NCBI GenBank assembly: GCA_963700635.1
Contig: CAVOYH010000003.1
Span: forward strand, 768,001 to 832,000
Length of the DNA stretch: 64,000 bases
Reading direction: 5' to 3'
DNA from: an uncultured Bacteroidota bacterium
GTDB lineage: Bacteria > Bacteroidota > Ignavibacteria > UBA10030 > UBA6906
Shown here: positions 1 to 8,821 of the stretch, in pieces
How the letters are laid out: each line of letters begins with the position of its first letter
How positions within the stretch are numbered: the stretch's first letter is position 1
Made by a program: the position numbers and the translations under genes
The notes under the pieces: generated by a model
What the model was told of the DNA's origin: nothing
Seen by the model: the letters and a program-made list of their open reading frames with translations, nothing else
The model's database searches: none

Positions 1-97
1 CCGCCGCAAACTCCGCAATGGCCTGTGCAACCCCCTTCGGTGCTTTTTTCTTCGCACCGCCCCTACGGTGTTTGCGCAGAGCAGGTGCCGCGTTCAA
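1..97 (-). CDS. Probable 5' part of a gene downstream of recF (possibly DUF721/DciA family), truncated by window edge
   Basis: Open minus frame from TTG at 97 (MNAAPALRKHRRGGAKKKAPKGVAQAIAEFAA...) overlapping the recF end; DUF721 commonly follows recF. Mostly a context-based guess. Confidence 0.3.
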   Translation of the reverse strand, partial: MNAAPALRKHRRGGAKKKAPKGVAQAIAEFAA

Positions 98-1199
98 TGT
101 AAAATCTCCGATGATGGGTATTCCATTGGACATCGCGCGGTAGGATTCCCGCATCCGTCGTCGTCAGCAGCGCCTGACCGGTATCCTGTAATCGTCTTAC
201 CACCCGGGACGCGCGTTCGCTGTCAAGCTCTGCGAACACATCATCGAGCAGCAACATGGGTGTCTCTTGACGCGTCTCACACACATACGTGTGCTCGGCA
301 AGCTTGAGTGCAATCAACAACGTTTTATGCTCGCCCTGGGATGCAAACTCCTGAGCATTTCTTGATCGCAGCATGAACGTGAGGTCATCACGGTGTGGCC
401 CCACGAGCGTGACGCCCCGGCGCAATTCCACGCTCTGATGCGCCGCAAGCTGTTCTTCCACAACCCGGGCGATCATATCACTTCCGCTCCCGGGGGTTAC
501 GCCGTGTACGCTGACATACTCCAGTGAAACCGGTTCCGAAACTCCTGAAAGCTCCCCATAGGAAGAGGAAAACCACGCGCGCGTCGTTTCCACAAACTCC
601 AGGCGCTTCTGAATGATCCTGCTGCCATACTGCACGAGGCCTTCGGTCCATGGTGCAAGGGTTGATGCAGTGAGACTTCCATGCAAGCGTCCATCAAGGA
701 GAAGCCGGTTTCTCTGCCGCAGTATTCTCCGGTACTCCTGAAGGTCTCCAAGATAGCGGGCGTTGGTCTGACAGAGGACAATGTCGAGAAACTTGCGCCG
801 CTCGGCGGGACCTGAGGCGATGATGCCGCCGTGATCCGGTGAAAGCAGGACGGCAGGATACTCTCCGACAATCGCAGACACTTTTTCAAGCGGTATCCCG
901 TTGATGTGCACGGCCTTCTGTCCGCTTGAGACGGCAAACGTGATGTGTGCCTCGGACTGGTGCTCCGTGCCATCGCAAAAGGTCCCGCGAATGTCAAAGA
1001 ACTCGCAGCCATGCTGCACCGCCTGCGTATCTGCTGCCGCAAAAAAACTTTTTCCAAGACTGAAGTACGACACCGCCTCGAGAATATTTGTCTTTCCCTG
1101 TCCGTTCCGGCCGATCAGGGCATTGATGCCACCGCCGAAAGAGAGAGACGAATCCGTATGATTTCGAAAATTCCTGAGCCGTAGGGCCTGCAGCCGCAT
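63..1199 (-). CDS. recF: DNA replication/repair protein RecF
   Basis: LRNFRN start, Walker A GRNGQGKTNILEA, GPHRDDL, SQGEHK, LLLDDVFAELD motifs; follows dnaN. Confidence 0.97.
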   Translation of the reverse strand: MRLQALRLRNFRNHTDSSLSFGGGINALIGRNGQGKTNILEAVSYFSLGKSFFAAADTQAVQHGCEFFDIRGTFCDGTEHQSEAHITFAVSSGQKAVHINGIPLEKVSAIVGEYPAVLLSPDHGGIIASGPAERRKFLDIVLCQTNARYLGDLQEYRRILRQRNRLLLDGRLHGSLTASTLAPWTEGLVQYGSRIIQKRLEFVETTRAWFSSSYGELSGVSEPVSLEYVSVHGVTPGSGSDMIARVVEEQLAAHQSVELRRGVTLVGPHRDDLTFMLRSRNAQEFASQGEHKTLLIALKLAEHTYVCETRQETPMLLLDDVFAELDSERASRVVRRLQDTGQALLTTTDAGILPRDVQWNTHHRRFYIERGTCSAQTP

Positions 1200-1219
1200 A
1201 GGGTCACGCCCTTCATAGA

Positions 1220-1253
1220 ATACGGCAGCCCCGCTTGCGACGGGGCTCCGTAT
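1220..1253 (-). terminator. GC-rich hairpin between dnaN and recF (weak terminator or mRNA stabiliser)
   Basis: ATACGGCAGCCCCG-loop-CGGGGCTCCGTAT inverted repeat; only a poor U-tract on the minus strand. Confidence 0.45.
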
Positions 1254-1304
1254 GACGGCAGACTCTCTCTCCTGGACAGGTGTCTACCAGCATGATCTGC
1301 AATC

Positions 1305-2420
1305 TCAACTGTTCAAACGCACAGGCATAATTAACATCAGCGTATCTTCCTGTGCCGGGGCTTCTGCGGGTTTGACAATTCCCGCCCTCGTTGACGTCCC
1401 AAATTTCATGGTTATCTGATCCCCGTCGATGTGCGAGAGAATGTCTACCAGATAGGTGGCATTAAATCCTATTTCCATCCCCTCAGCCGCATACTGACAC
1501 GGAAGCAGTTCGTGTGCTTCTCCTCCAAAATCAACGTCCTGTGCGCTGAGTTTTAACGCGTTGGAGGCCAGGTCAAAACGAATCTGATGTGTGCTTGCGC
1601 TTGCATACAGGGCAACACGCCGGATGGAATTAATGAGTTCTTCCCTGTTGATTGTCAGAATCTTCGCATTGTCGAGAGGAATTACACTTTCATAATTTGG
1701 ATAACTTTCTTCGATCAGACGTGATACCAGAACAGTCTGTTCATACTGAAAGCGAACGTGCGTCTCACTTGTACTCACTGTACAGGCGCCCGTTTCCAGA
1801 CCTTTTACCAGAATGCCCAGAACTTTGGCCGGAACAATGATATCGCGTCCAAGCTGCGCCCCCTTTTCAGGCCGGTACACAAATTGAGATAGCCGGTGCC
1901 CGTCCGTTGAAACCGCTCTAATTTCTTTGCCGTTGGTTTGTAACAAAATACCCATCATCGCCGGCCTTAGTTCATCCATGCTGACGGCAAAAGCCGTACG
2001 ATGCACAATTTTTCTCAACACACTGCTGTCCAGAACAATTTCTGATGTTCCCTTAAATTCCGGAACGACCGGATATTCCTTGGCCGGCTCACCCGTGAGA
2101 GAATATTCCCCGTTCGGCGTTGTAATGCGAATTTTACTCTGTGTTGTGTCGATGACAAATGTTGCATCGGTAACCGGCAGGGACCGAATTGTATCGGTCA
2201 GGCGCTTTGCAGGAATGGCTATTTTACCATCTTCTGCACCCACTACCTGCAGCACAATGGTGGACGAAACTATTTGATCCGTCGCGGTAACACTGAGCAT
2301 TCCATTTACCAACTCGAACAAAAACGTCTCCAAAATTGGCATCGGTGATTTTGTGGGAACAACCCCGCCGATTTTGGATAATACGCGCTGGAGGTCCGAG
2401 GTACTTACGGTAAATTTCAT
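1305..2420 (-). CDS. dnaN: DNA polymerase III beta sliding clamp
   Basis: 371 aa; TDGHRL, SRLIEESYPNYESVIP, IGFNATYL, C-terminal LIMPVRL; RBS AAGGAG. Confidence 0.98.
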   Translation of the reverse strand: MKFTVSTSDLQRVLSKIGGVVPTKSPMPILETFLFELVNGMLSVTATDQIVSSTIVLQVVGAEDGKIAIPAKRLTDTIRSLPVTDATFVIDTTQSKIRITTPNGEYSLTGEPAKEYPVVPEFKGTSEIVLDSSVLRKIVHRTAFAVSMDELRPAMMGILLQTNGKEIRAVSTDGHRLSQFVYRPEKGAQLGRDIIVPAKVLGILVKGLETGACTVSTSETHVRFQYEQTVLVSRLIEESYPNYESVIPLDNAKILTINREELINSIRRVALYASASTHQIRFDLASNALKLSAQDVDFGGEAHELLPCQYAAEGMEIGFNATYLVDILSHIDGDQITMKFGTSTRAGIVKPAEAPAQEDTLMLIMPVRLNS

Positions 2421-2459
2421 CGCGATCTCCTTGGGAGGAAAAATATGAGCAGATGTGAA

Positions 2460-2780
2460 GAGACTATATCCCGGTAAATATACGGAAATCTGACGTTATA
2501 ATCCAATATATCCGTGTATATATACAATATAAGATTAGTAATATACGATGTGCATATGTTGATGAGTGAAGAAAACAAGATCGTCGGTCATACGGGTGCG
2601 GATTCAAAAGATATTACTTCAAGAAACAGTTGAGTGAGTTGTGTGTGGATGGTGAATACAGTTATGCACAGAAAGGGTTTGAATAGAAATTGTGTGTCAA
2701 ACAGAGAAGGATAATACACAGGGTATTCACAACTGTTCACAACGTCTCTACAGGTATGTACACAGGTTATAGACAGAGGG
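2460..2780. other. oriC, dnaA-dnaN intergenic part: AT-rich unwinding region plus DnaA-box array
   Basis: AT-rich 2460-2546; DnaA-box-like 9-mers at 2549-2565 (tandem), 2644, 2662 (TTATGCACA), 2712, 2723, 2733, 2756, 2767. Confidence 0.85.
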
Positions 2781-2796
2781 TTAGGAGAGCAAAGAG

Positions 2797-4290
2797 CTAC
2801 ACGTGGCCAAGCAGTTGCAGCCGCTTTTTCACCTGTTGAACATGAGTCTGATATTTTGAATCCACGCGCATCATATCTTCGACCGATTGATATGCATGAA
2901 TTACGGTACTGTGATCACGCCCGCCGAAATGAAGCCCGATAGTCTTGAGTGAAGCGTTTGTGAGTTCTTTTGACAGATACATTGCTATCTGGCGGGCATT
3001 GACGATTTCCTGTTTTCGTGTCTTTGCCCGGATAAGATCCTCGGGAATGTTAAAATACTCACACACGATCCGCTGAATGCTTTCGATGGTAATAGGCGAA
3101 CGGACGTCACCCACCACCACTCTCAGCACATCCCGCGCAAGGTCGAGAGTTATTTCTCTTCCTTCGAGAGAAGCACGGGCGAGCATGCTGATAAGGCATC
3201 CTTCCAATTCGCGGATGTTGGTCGTCACATTTGCGGCTATAAATTCCACCACATCCTGGGGAAGTTCAATACCATCATCCTCACTTTTTTTGCGGAGAAT
3301 GGCGATACGTGTTTCAAGATCGGGTGCCTGGATGTCTGATGTGAGGCCCCATTGAAATCTCGAAAGAAGCCGGTCGTCAAGGCCTTTGAGTTCTTTAGGC
3401 GGCCGATCTGACGAGAGAATGATCTGTTTACCCAGCTGGTGTAATTCATTAAACGTATGGAAGAAGTTGTCCTGGGTCTTTTCCTTTCCAGAAAAGAACT
3501 GGATATCATCCACAATGAGTACATCCATGCTGCGATAAAAGTTGGAAAAATCGCTGATTCTGTCGCTTTGTATGGCGTCAACGAATTCGACGGTAAATTT
3601 TTCGCTGGACACGTACATTACGCGTTTCGCTTTGCGGGTGGTCAACGCGTGGTTGCCTATTGCCTGAATGAGATGGGTCTTACCGAGGCCGGTCCCGCCA
3701 TAAATGACAAGAGGATTAAAGGACGTCCCGCCCGGATTGTTTGACACTGCCGATGCGGCTGCGCGTGCCAGCTGGTTGCTATCACCTTTGATAAAATTCT
3801 CAAACGTGTACCGTGGATTGAGGAATGTCTGGAAATTCATAGTATCCGTCGTTGTCTGGGAAACCTTACGAACGGGCAGTGGTGGTGCGGGAATGGGTGG
3901 TTGGGTAATGCGGACAGGTGATGCCGGCATGGGTGTGTAGTCGAGGTCCATCGTTAGTTCCTCGGTACGGACAGAATATTCAAGGTGGGCGTCGGGGCCG
4001 AGAACCCGTGTGATCGTGGTATTGATGATTCCATAGTAGTGTTCTTCAAGCCAGTCATAGAAGAACTGGCTTGGGACCTGGACCGTAAGAGTGCCCCCCT
4101 GGAGATTCTGGGGGACGATTGGTTCAAACCAGGTTTTAAAACTTTGCGAGTTTACCCGTTCTTTTATCAGATCGAGGCACGCGGCCCAGACATGTCTGGC
4201 CTGTTCGATCTCTGTGGGAAGGGTCTTCGCCACGGGATCGTTATGCTCTGGGATTGCAGAGGTTGAGAGGTTGTCCATAGATTCTGTCAT
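2797..4290 (-). CDS. dnaA: Chromosomal replication initiator DnaA (start uncertain: 4338, 4290 or 4278)
   Basis: SFKTWF domain I, LNPRYTFENF, GGTGLGKTHL Walker A, DDIQF, NIRELEG, GGRDHSTVIHA domain IV. Confidence 0.98.
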   Translation of the reverse strand: MTESMDNLSTSAIPEHNDPVAKTLPTEIEQARHVWAACLDLIKERVNSQSFKTWFEPIVPQNLQGGTLTVQVPSQFFYDWLEEHYYGIINTTITRVLGPDAHLEYSVRTEELTMDLDYTPMPASPVRITQPPIPAPPLPVRKVSQTTTDTMNFQTFLNPRYTFENFIKGDSNQLARAAASAVSNNPGGTSFNPLVIYGGTGLGKTHLIQAIGNHALTTRKAKRVMYVSSEKFTVEFVDAIQSDRISDFSNFYRSMDVLIVDDIQFFSGKEKTQDNFFHTFNELHQLGKQIILSSDRPPKELKGLDDRLLSRFQWGLTSDIQAPDLETRIAILRKKSEDDGIELPQDVVEFIAANVTTNIRELEGCLISMLARASLEGREITLDLARDVLRVVVGDVRSPITIESIQRIVCEYFNIPEDLIRAKTRKQEIVNARQIAMYLSKELTNASLKTIGLHFGGRDHSTVIHAYQSVEDMMRVDSKYQTHVQQVKKRLQLLGHV

Positions 4291-4291
4291 G

Positions 4292-4540
4292 TTGTCCACA
4301 CTGTTATCCACAAGTGCGGGCTGATCAAATGGCGGCATTGTTTACCACATTCTTATCCACATATGCACAATAACATTCTGCCGGGCAAGAGGCATGAATA
4401 CAGTCACTTATGGGGTTCTTTTCTTACGGAGCGTGATGAATGTCAGCAGTTCTGAAGCAGGTCCATGTGCACGAAGGGGGGGGCTAAAAGATACGCACAC
4501 ATTATCCACAACAATACACTGGCCTGATCTTAGTGGATTA
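4292..4540. promoter_or_regulatory. DnaA-box cluster upstream of dnaA (second part of oriC / autoregulation)
   Basis: Perfect TTATCCACA at 4304, 4353, 4502; near-matches at 4292 (TTGTCCACA), 4341, 4361, 4532. Confidence 0.85.
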
Positions 4541-4565
4541 TAACATATCGGAGGGGGCGTCGCAA
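4537..4565 (-). promoter_or_regulatory. sigma70-type promoter of dnaA
   Basis: Minus strand TTGCGA-17 bp-TATAAT with TGn extension; overlaps a DnaA-box-like site at 4532-4540. Confidence 0.7.
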
Positions 4566-4597
4566 GTGAATTCTTTCCCATTTTCATCGGGCGAGTA

Positions 4598-4626
4598 TTG
4601 AACTTGTATCCCGTTTTTGGTATGTT
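4598..4626 (+). promoter_or_regulatory. sigma70-type promoter of the rpmH operon
   Basis: TTGAAC-17 bp-TATGTT with TG extension, ~50 nt upstream of rpmH. Confidence 0.55.
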
Positions 4627-4675
4627 ATGCTGCTTAGTCCATTTTTCTTCATTCACGCACGTCGGGCAGGGTTTT

Positions 4676-4822
4676 ATGAAGCGCACATTCCAGCCGCACA
4701 AAAGAAAGCGTCGAAATACACACGGATTCAGGGCGCGGATGGCGACGAAGAACGGCCGCAGGGTGCTTTCACGTCGTCGGGCTCGCGGACGCAAAAAACT
4801 GACGGTCAGCGACGAACGGTAG
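4676..4822 (+). CDS. rpmH: 50S ribosomal protein L34
   Basis: [45 protein letters not shown]. Confidence 0.98.
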   Translation: MKRTFQPHKRKRRNTHGFRARMATKNGRRVLSRRRARGRKKLTVSDER

Positions 4823-5215
4823 GTGAAACACCAGGGCGCGCTGCGGGGTCATGAGAGCTTTCACCGCGTATTCTCCGGCGGCCGCAGGGTCGCCGGCACC
4901 CTCATCCAATGCGTGTATCTGCTCGAATCATCCGGCCATCCGGTCCTTCGCGCTGGCTACGCGGTCCCCCATAGCAGGTATCATGCCGTCCGTCGAAACA
5001 GGCTGCGCCGGTTGATGCGTGAGGCGTTTCGCCTGGAAAGTGCCCCGCTCCGTGAAGCTGTCGTGTCCAACCGGATTTCTGCCGACCTCGTGTTTCTGTT
5101 TCGGCCCAAAAGTGATGTCCATGTTGAACGGCTCACCGTGTTTCCTGTGCGCACCGAAATTGCCGGATTCTGCAGGAGAATCCAGGAGCGTCTCGAGGAA
5201 CATGCTCGTACGTGA
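4823..5215 (+). CDS. rnpA: Ribonuclease P protein component
   Basis: AVRRNRLRRLMREAFR RNR motif; lies between rpmH and yidD. Confidence 0.92.
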   Translation: MKHQGALRGHESFHRVFSGGRRVAGTLIQCVYLLESSGHPVLRAGYAVPHSRYHAVRRNRLRRLMREAFRLESAPLREAVVSNRISADLVFLFRPKSDVHVERLTVFPVRTEIAGFCRRIQERLEEHART

Positions 5216-5417
5216 AGCGCTGGTATTCGTTTTGCGGCTGTACCAGGCGCTGGTGTCGCCGCTGCTCCCCCCGAATACCTGCCGATTTACTCCCACGTGC
5301 TCACAGTATGCCATCGATGCGGTGCGGAAGTATGGTGTGCTGAGCGGGAGCTGGCGCGCTCTAAAGCGGATCGGTCGGTGTAATCCTTTTCATCCGGGCG
5401 GATACGATCCCGCCTGA
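5202..5417 (+). CDS. yidD: Membrane protein insertion efficiency factor YidD
   Basis: YQALVSPLLPPNTCRFTPTCSQYA...RIGRCNPFHPGGYDP; ATG at 5202. Confidence 0.95.
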   Translation: MLVREALVFVLRLYQALVSPLLPPNTCRFTPTCSQYAIDAVRKYGVLSGSWRALKRIGRCNPFHPGGYDPA

Positions 5418-5441
5418 TTACCTTTTTGAACGAGGGTTGTT

Positions 5442-7232
5442 ATGGAAAAGCAATCAACGCTGGGCTTTGTGCTGATCGGCATCATCCTGATTGCCTGGAT
5501 GTGGCTGCAGTCTCCGCCCCCTCAGCCACAGACGGTTGCCCCGGCGGACACCACACACACACCGGTGGCGAGGCCCAAACCGCAACCACCGCCTGCGGAC
5601 ATATCAACGCCGAGCCCGCGCGTTGCCCCAGCGGATGAATTCGGAACGTTTTTTGCAGAGCGTGCCTCCGGCGATGAAAAGGTGGTGATCATCACGACGG
5701 ATCTGTACACTGCGGAGATTTCCTCCAAAGGCGGTCTTCTCAGAAAATGGGAGCTCCACGCATACAAGACCTGGGATGGCCAGCCGGTTCAGCTTGTGGA
5801 GTTCGACAAGGGTGGCGATCTGAGCTTGTTGTTTACCTCACGCGACGGGAAACTGATCAACACCCGTGATCTTCACTTCGACATCAAGGGGGCGCAGTGG
5901 CAGCATATACGCCTGAACGGGTCGGATTCCGTGACGATCGTCTGTTCTCTCCCCGTGAGCAACGGCGGCAGGCTGGTGAAAAACCTTACGTTCAGAAACG
6001 GAAGTTATCAGTTTGATGCCGGATTCTCGTTCGAACGTTTGGCGTCCGTGATCTCCAATTATGAATACCAGATCGTATGGGAACACGGACTGCGCTATGC
6101 GGAACGTAATAGTGTGGATGAATCGGGCTATGCCATGGGGTATGTGTATTCCGGCGGCGAATTGACGGAGGTGGATGCGACAAGTGCGGGGGAGCGTACG
6201 GAGCGTGATGTGACGGGGGCTACCGACTGGGTGGCGACACGGAACAAGTATTTTCTGCTGGCGTTATTGCCGAAATCTCCGAAAAGCGAAGGTGCCTTTG
6301 TCGAGGGTACACATGTGCTGCTGGCCGACAAGGGCGAGAAGGAGGCGTATACACTTGCACTGAAGATGCCCTTCCGGAGCGGGGGGAGCGAGCGGGCGGA
6401 CATCAGCGTTTATCTTGGTCCGATGCAGTATGACACGGTCAAGACGATCGGCAGGCACGTCGAGGAGACGATGAATCTCGGAGCGGCGTGGATTATCCGG
6501 CCGATATCCGAGTATGTGATGATACCGCTCTTCCAGTTCCTGCGGATGTTTATCCCGAATTACGGCCTCGTGATCATCGTGTTCTCGATCATCATCAAGT
6601 TTGCGTTGCATCCCTTGACGCGCACGAGCATGAAGGGGATGCGGAAGATGCAGGCGTTAACACCTCTGATGAATGAGATCCGTGAGAAGCACAAGGACGA
6701 CCCCCAGAAAATGAACGCACAGGTGATGAACCTGTACAAGGAGTACGGGGTAAATCCGGCTGCCGGTTGTCTTCCGTTATTGCTCCAGATGCCGATCCTG
6801 TTCGCGTTGTATTCGGTCTTCCGGTCCTCCATTGAACTCCGTCAGGCAAGTTTTGTCTGGTGGATTACCGACCTCTCTATTCCGGATGCGTTTGCAACGC
6901 TGCCCTTTACGATCCCTCTCTTCGGCATGAACGAGGTCAGCGGACTCGCCGTGGTGATGGGCATTACGATGTTCATCCAGCAGAAGATGACCGTGACGGA
7001 TCCCCGGCAGAAAGCCATGATCTACATGATGCCGGTGATGATGACATTACTCTTCAACAGCCTTCCGTCCGGCCTTAATCTCTACTACTTCATTTTCAAT
7101 CTCCTCTCGATAGGCCAGCAGATGATATTCAACCGGCAGCACAAAGACGAGCCGCTGCGGAAAGTGGATCCGAAAAAGGCGGGGGGGGGAATTCTGGGCC
7201 GCATAGCGAAAGATCTGCCGAAGGTGAAGTGA
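5442..7232 (+). CDS. yidC: Membrane protein insertase YidC
   Basis: N-terminal TM, periplasmic domain, NPAAGCLPLLLQMPI, WITDLSIPD, PSGLNLYY. Confidence 0.97.
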   Translation: MEKQSTLGFVLIGIILIAWMWLQSPPPQPQTVAPADTTHTPVARPKPQPPPADISTPSPRVAPADEFGTFFAERASGDEKVVIITTDLYTAEISSKGGLLRKWELHAYKTWDGQPVQLVEFDKGGDLSLLFTSRDGKLINTRDLHFDIKGAQWQHIRLNGSDSVTIVCSLPVSNGGRLVKNLTFRNGSYQFDAGFSFERLASVISNYEYQIVWEHGLRYAERNSVDESGYAMGYVYSGGELTEVDATSAGERTERDVTGATDWVATRNKYFLLALLPKSPKSEGAFVEGTHVLLADKGEKEAYTLALKMPFRSGGSERADISVYLGPMQYDTVKTIGRHVEETMNLGAAWIIRPISEYVMIPLFQFLRMFIPNYGLVIIVFSIIIKFALHPLTRTSMKGMRKMQALTPLMNEIREKHKDDPQKMNAQVMNLYKEYGVNPAAGCLPLLLQMPILFALYSVFRSSIELRQASFVWWITDLSIPDAFATLPFTIPLFGMNEVSGLAVVMGITMFIQQKMTVTDPRQKAMIYMMPVMMTLLFNSLPSGLNLYYFIFNLLSIGQQMIFNRQHKDEPLRKVDPKKAGGGILGRIAKDLPKVK

Positions 7233-7263
7233 AGCAGAAACGGAGGAAGCCGGGTTTTGTAAG

Positions 7264-7292
7264 AGCCTGCCGGAAACGGCGGGCTTTTTTTT
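7264..7292 (+). terminator. Rho-independent terminator after yidC
   Basis: AGCCTGCCG-GAAA-CGGCGGGCT followed by a T-run. Confidence 0.85.
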
Positions 7293-7426
7293 GTCGTGTC
7301 GGAATTGCAGGAAATATTCGGTGCACGGTAGGCCGCGTTGCGCCTGTATAGGGGGATTCGTAGATTTATGAAGGAAACGGTAGATGGATGTATGCCTGGC
7401 AAAGGACTTCGTGCATGGATGCGGGA

Positions 7427-8809
7427 ATGAGCGACACGATTGTTGCGGTGGGAACGCCGCCGGGTTCTGGCGCGCTTGCGATAGTCCGTGTGAGCGGTCC
7501 CGAGGCGATCGCGGTGGCGGGAAAAATATTCCGGGGTTCAGTGGAACTCTCCACGGTTGCGGGGTATACCGTGCATTACGGGCACGCGCTGGATTCGATG
7601 GGGAAGAGGGTGGATGAGGTGCTGGCAACGGTGTTCCGCGCGCCGAAGTCCTTTACCGGCGAAGAGATGGTGGAGATTTGTTGCCATGGCGGGGCACTCG
7701 TTACCCGCACGGTCATGGAATCGGTGATGGCGGCGGGTGCGCGTCCGGCAGCCCCCGGAGAATTTACGCGGCGGGCATTTCTGAGTGGCCGTATTGATTT
7801 GTCACAGGCGGAGGCGGTAGCGGATCTGATTGCTGCCCGGAGCCGGAGGGGGCAGAGCGTATCGCTGGATCACCTGGAGGGTCGTCTGGGGGTGACGGTG
7901 CGCGGGTTACGTCAGGAAATCGTAGATTTATGTGCGTTATTGGAGATTAACCTGGATTTTAGTGAAGAAGGGCTGGATCTGATCAGCCCTCCGGAGCTAA
8001 CGGAAAAAATCGATGCGCTCCGCCTGCGGATCAGCACACTGGCGGCGTCCTATCAGCACGGGCGGCTGTATCGTGAGGGCGTGTCCGTAGTCCTGGCAGG
8101 CGAACCCAATTCAGGCAAGTCGAGCCTCTTTAATGCCCTTCTGAAACAGGACAGAGCCATCGTTACACACATCCCGGGGACGACGCGCGATGCACTTGAA
8201 GAGAGTATTCTCATCGAAGGGATTCTCTTCCGGCTTACAGATACGGCTGGCCTGAGAGAAACATCAGATCATGTGGAACGATTGGGCGTTGAACGGTCCA
8301 GAGCCGCAGTAACAAGAGCTGACATCGTTCTGCATGTTATGGATGCGGAAATTTCTCCGTCCGTTGAAGCCCATCTTGACCGAATGGCTATCCATGAGAA
8401 GGGTCAGCACTTTCTTCCTGTTCTGAACAAGTGTGACCTGCTTCAAACATGGCCTGAAAATGCGGGACGGCTGCCCGGTGTGTATGGTGAACACCCGGTC
8501 GTTCCGGTTTCAGCGAAGAGCGGGAAGGGTCTGGAAGATCTGCGCGGCGCGCTGATACATCTGGTTACGACCGATCTTTCATTCGGTGAAGAAGATGTGT
8601 GCATAACGAATCTCAGGCACAAAGAGTGCCTCATGAAGGCTCAAGTTGCGATGGATTCGGGTAAGGCATCCCTGGACCAAAATGTTTCACACGAGTTTAT
8701 AGCGTTTGATATTCGCGAAGCTGCCGCTGCCCTGGCGGAAATAACCGGGGAGCTTACCAGCGAAGAAGTCCTAAATCACATTTTTTCGCGTTTCTGTATC
8801 GGGAAGTAG
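7427..8809 (+). CDS. mnmE: tRNA modification GTPase MnmE
   Basis: SDTIVAVGTPPG, GEPNSGKSSLFN, PGTTRD, DTAGLR, NKCD, C-terminal FCIGK. Confidence 0.97.
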   Translation: MSDTIVAVGTPPGSGALAIVRVSGPEAIAVAGKIFRGSVELSTVAGYTVHYGHALDSMGKRVDEVLATVFRAPKSFTGEEMVEICCHGGALVTRTVMESVMAAGARPAAPGEFTRRAFLSGRIDLSQAEAVADLIAARSRRGQSVSLDHLEGRLGVTVRGLRQEIVDLCALLEINLDFSEEGLDLISPPELTEKIDALRLRISTLAASYQHGRLYREGVSVVLAGEPNSGKSSLFNALLKQDRAIVTHIPGTTRDALEESILIEGILFRLTDTAGLRETSDHVERLGVERSRAAVTRADIVLHVMDAEISPSVEAHLDRMAIHEKGQHFLPVLNKCDLLQTWPENAGRLPGVYGEHPVVPVSAKSGKGLEDLRGALIHLVTTDLSFGEEDVCITNLRHKECLMKAQVAMDSGKASLDQNVSHEFIAFDIREAAAALAEITGELTSEEVLNHIFSRFCIGK

Positions 8810-8821
8810 AAGGATGGCTGT

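Noticed and set aside
8265-8280. Degenerate parS-like sequence in mnmE (CAGATCATGTGGAACG) and half-sites near 8682, 15990, 48562, 50792
   Set aside because: Only one half matches; not palindromic.
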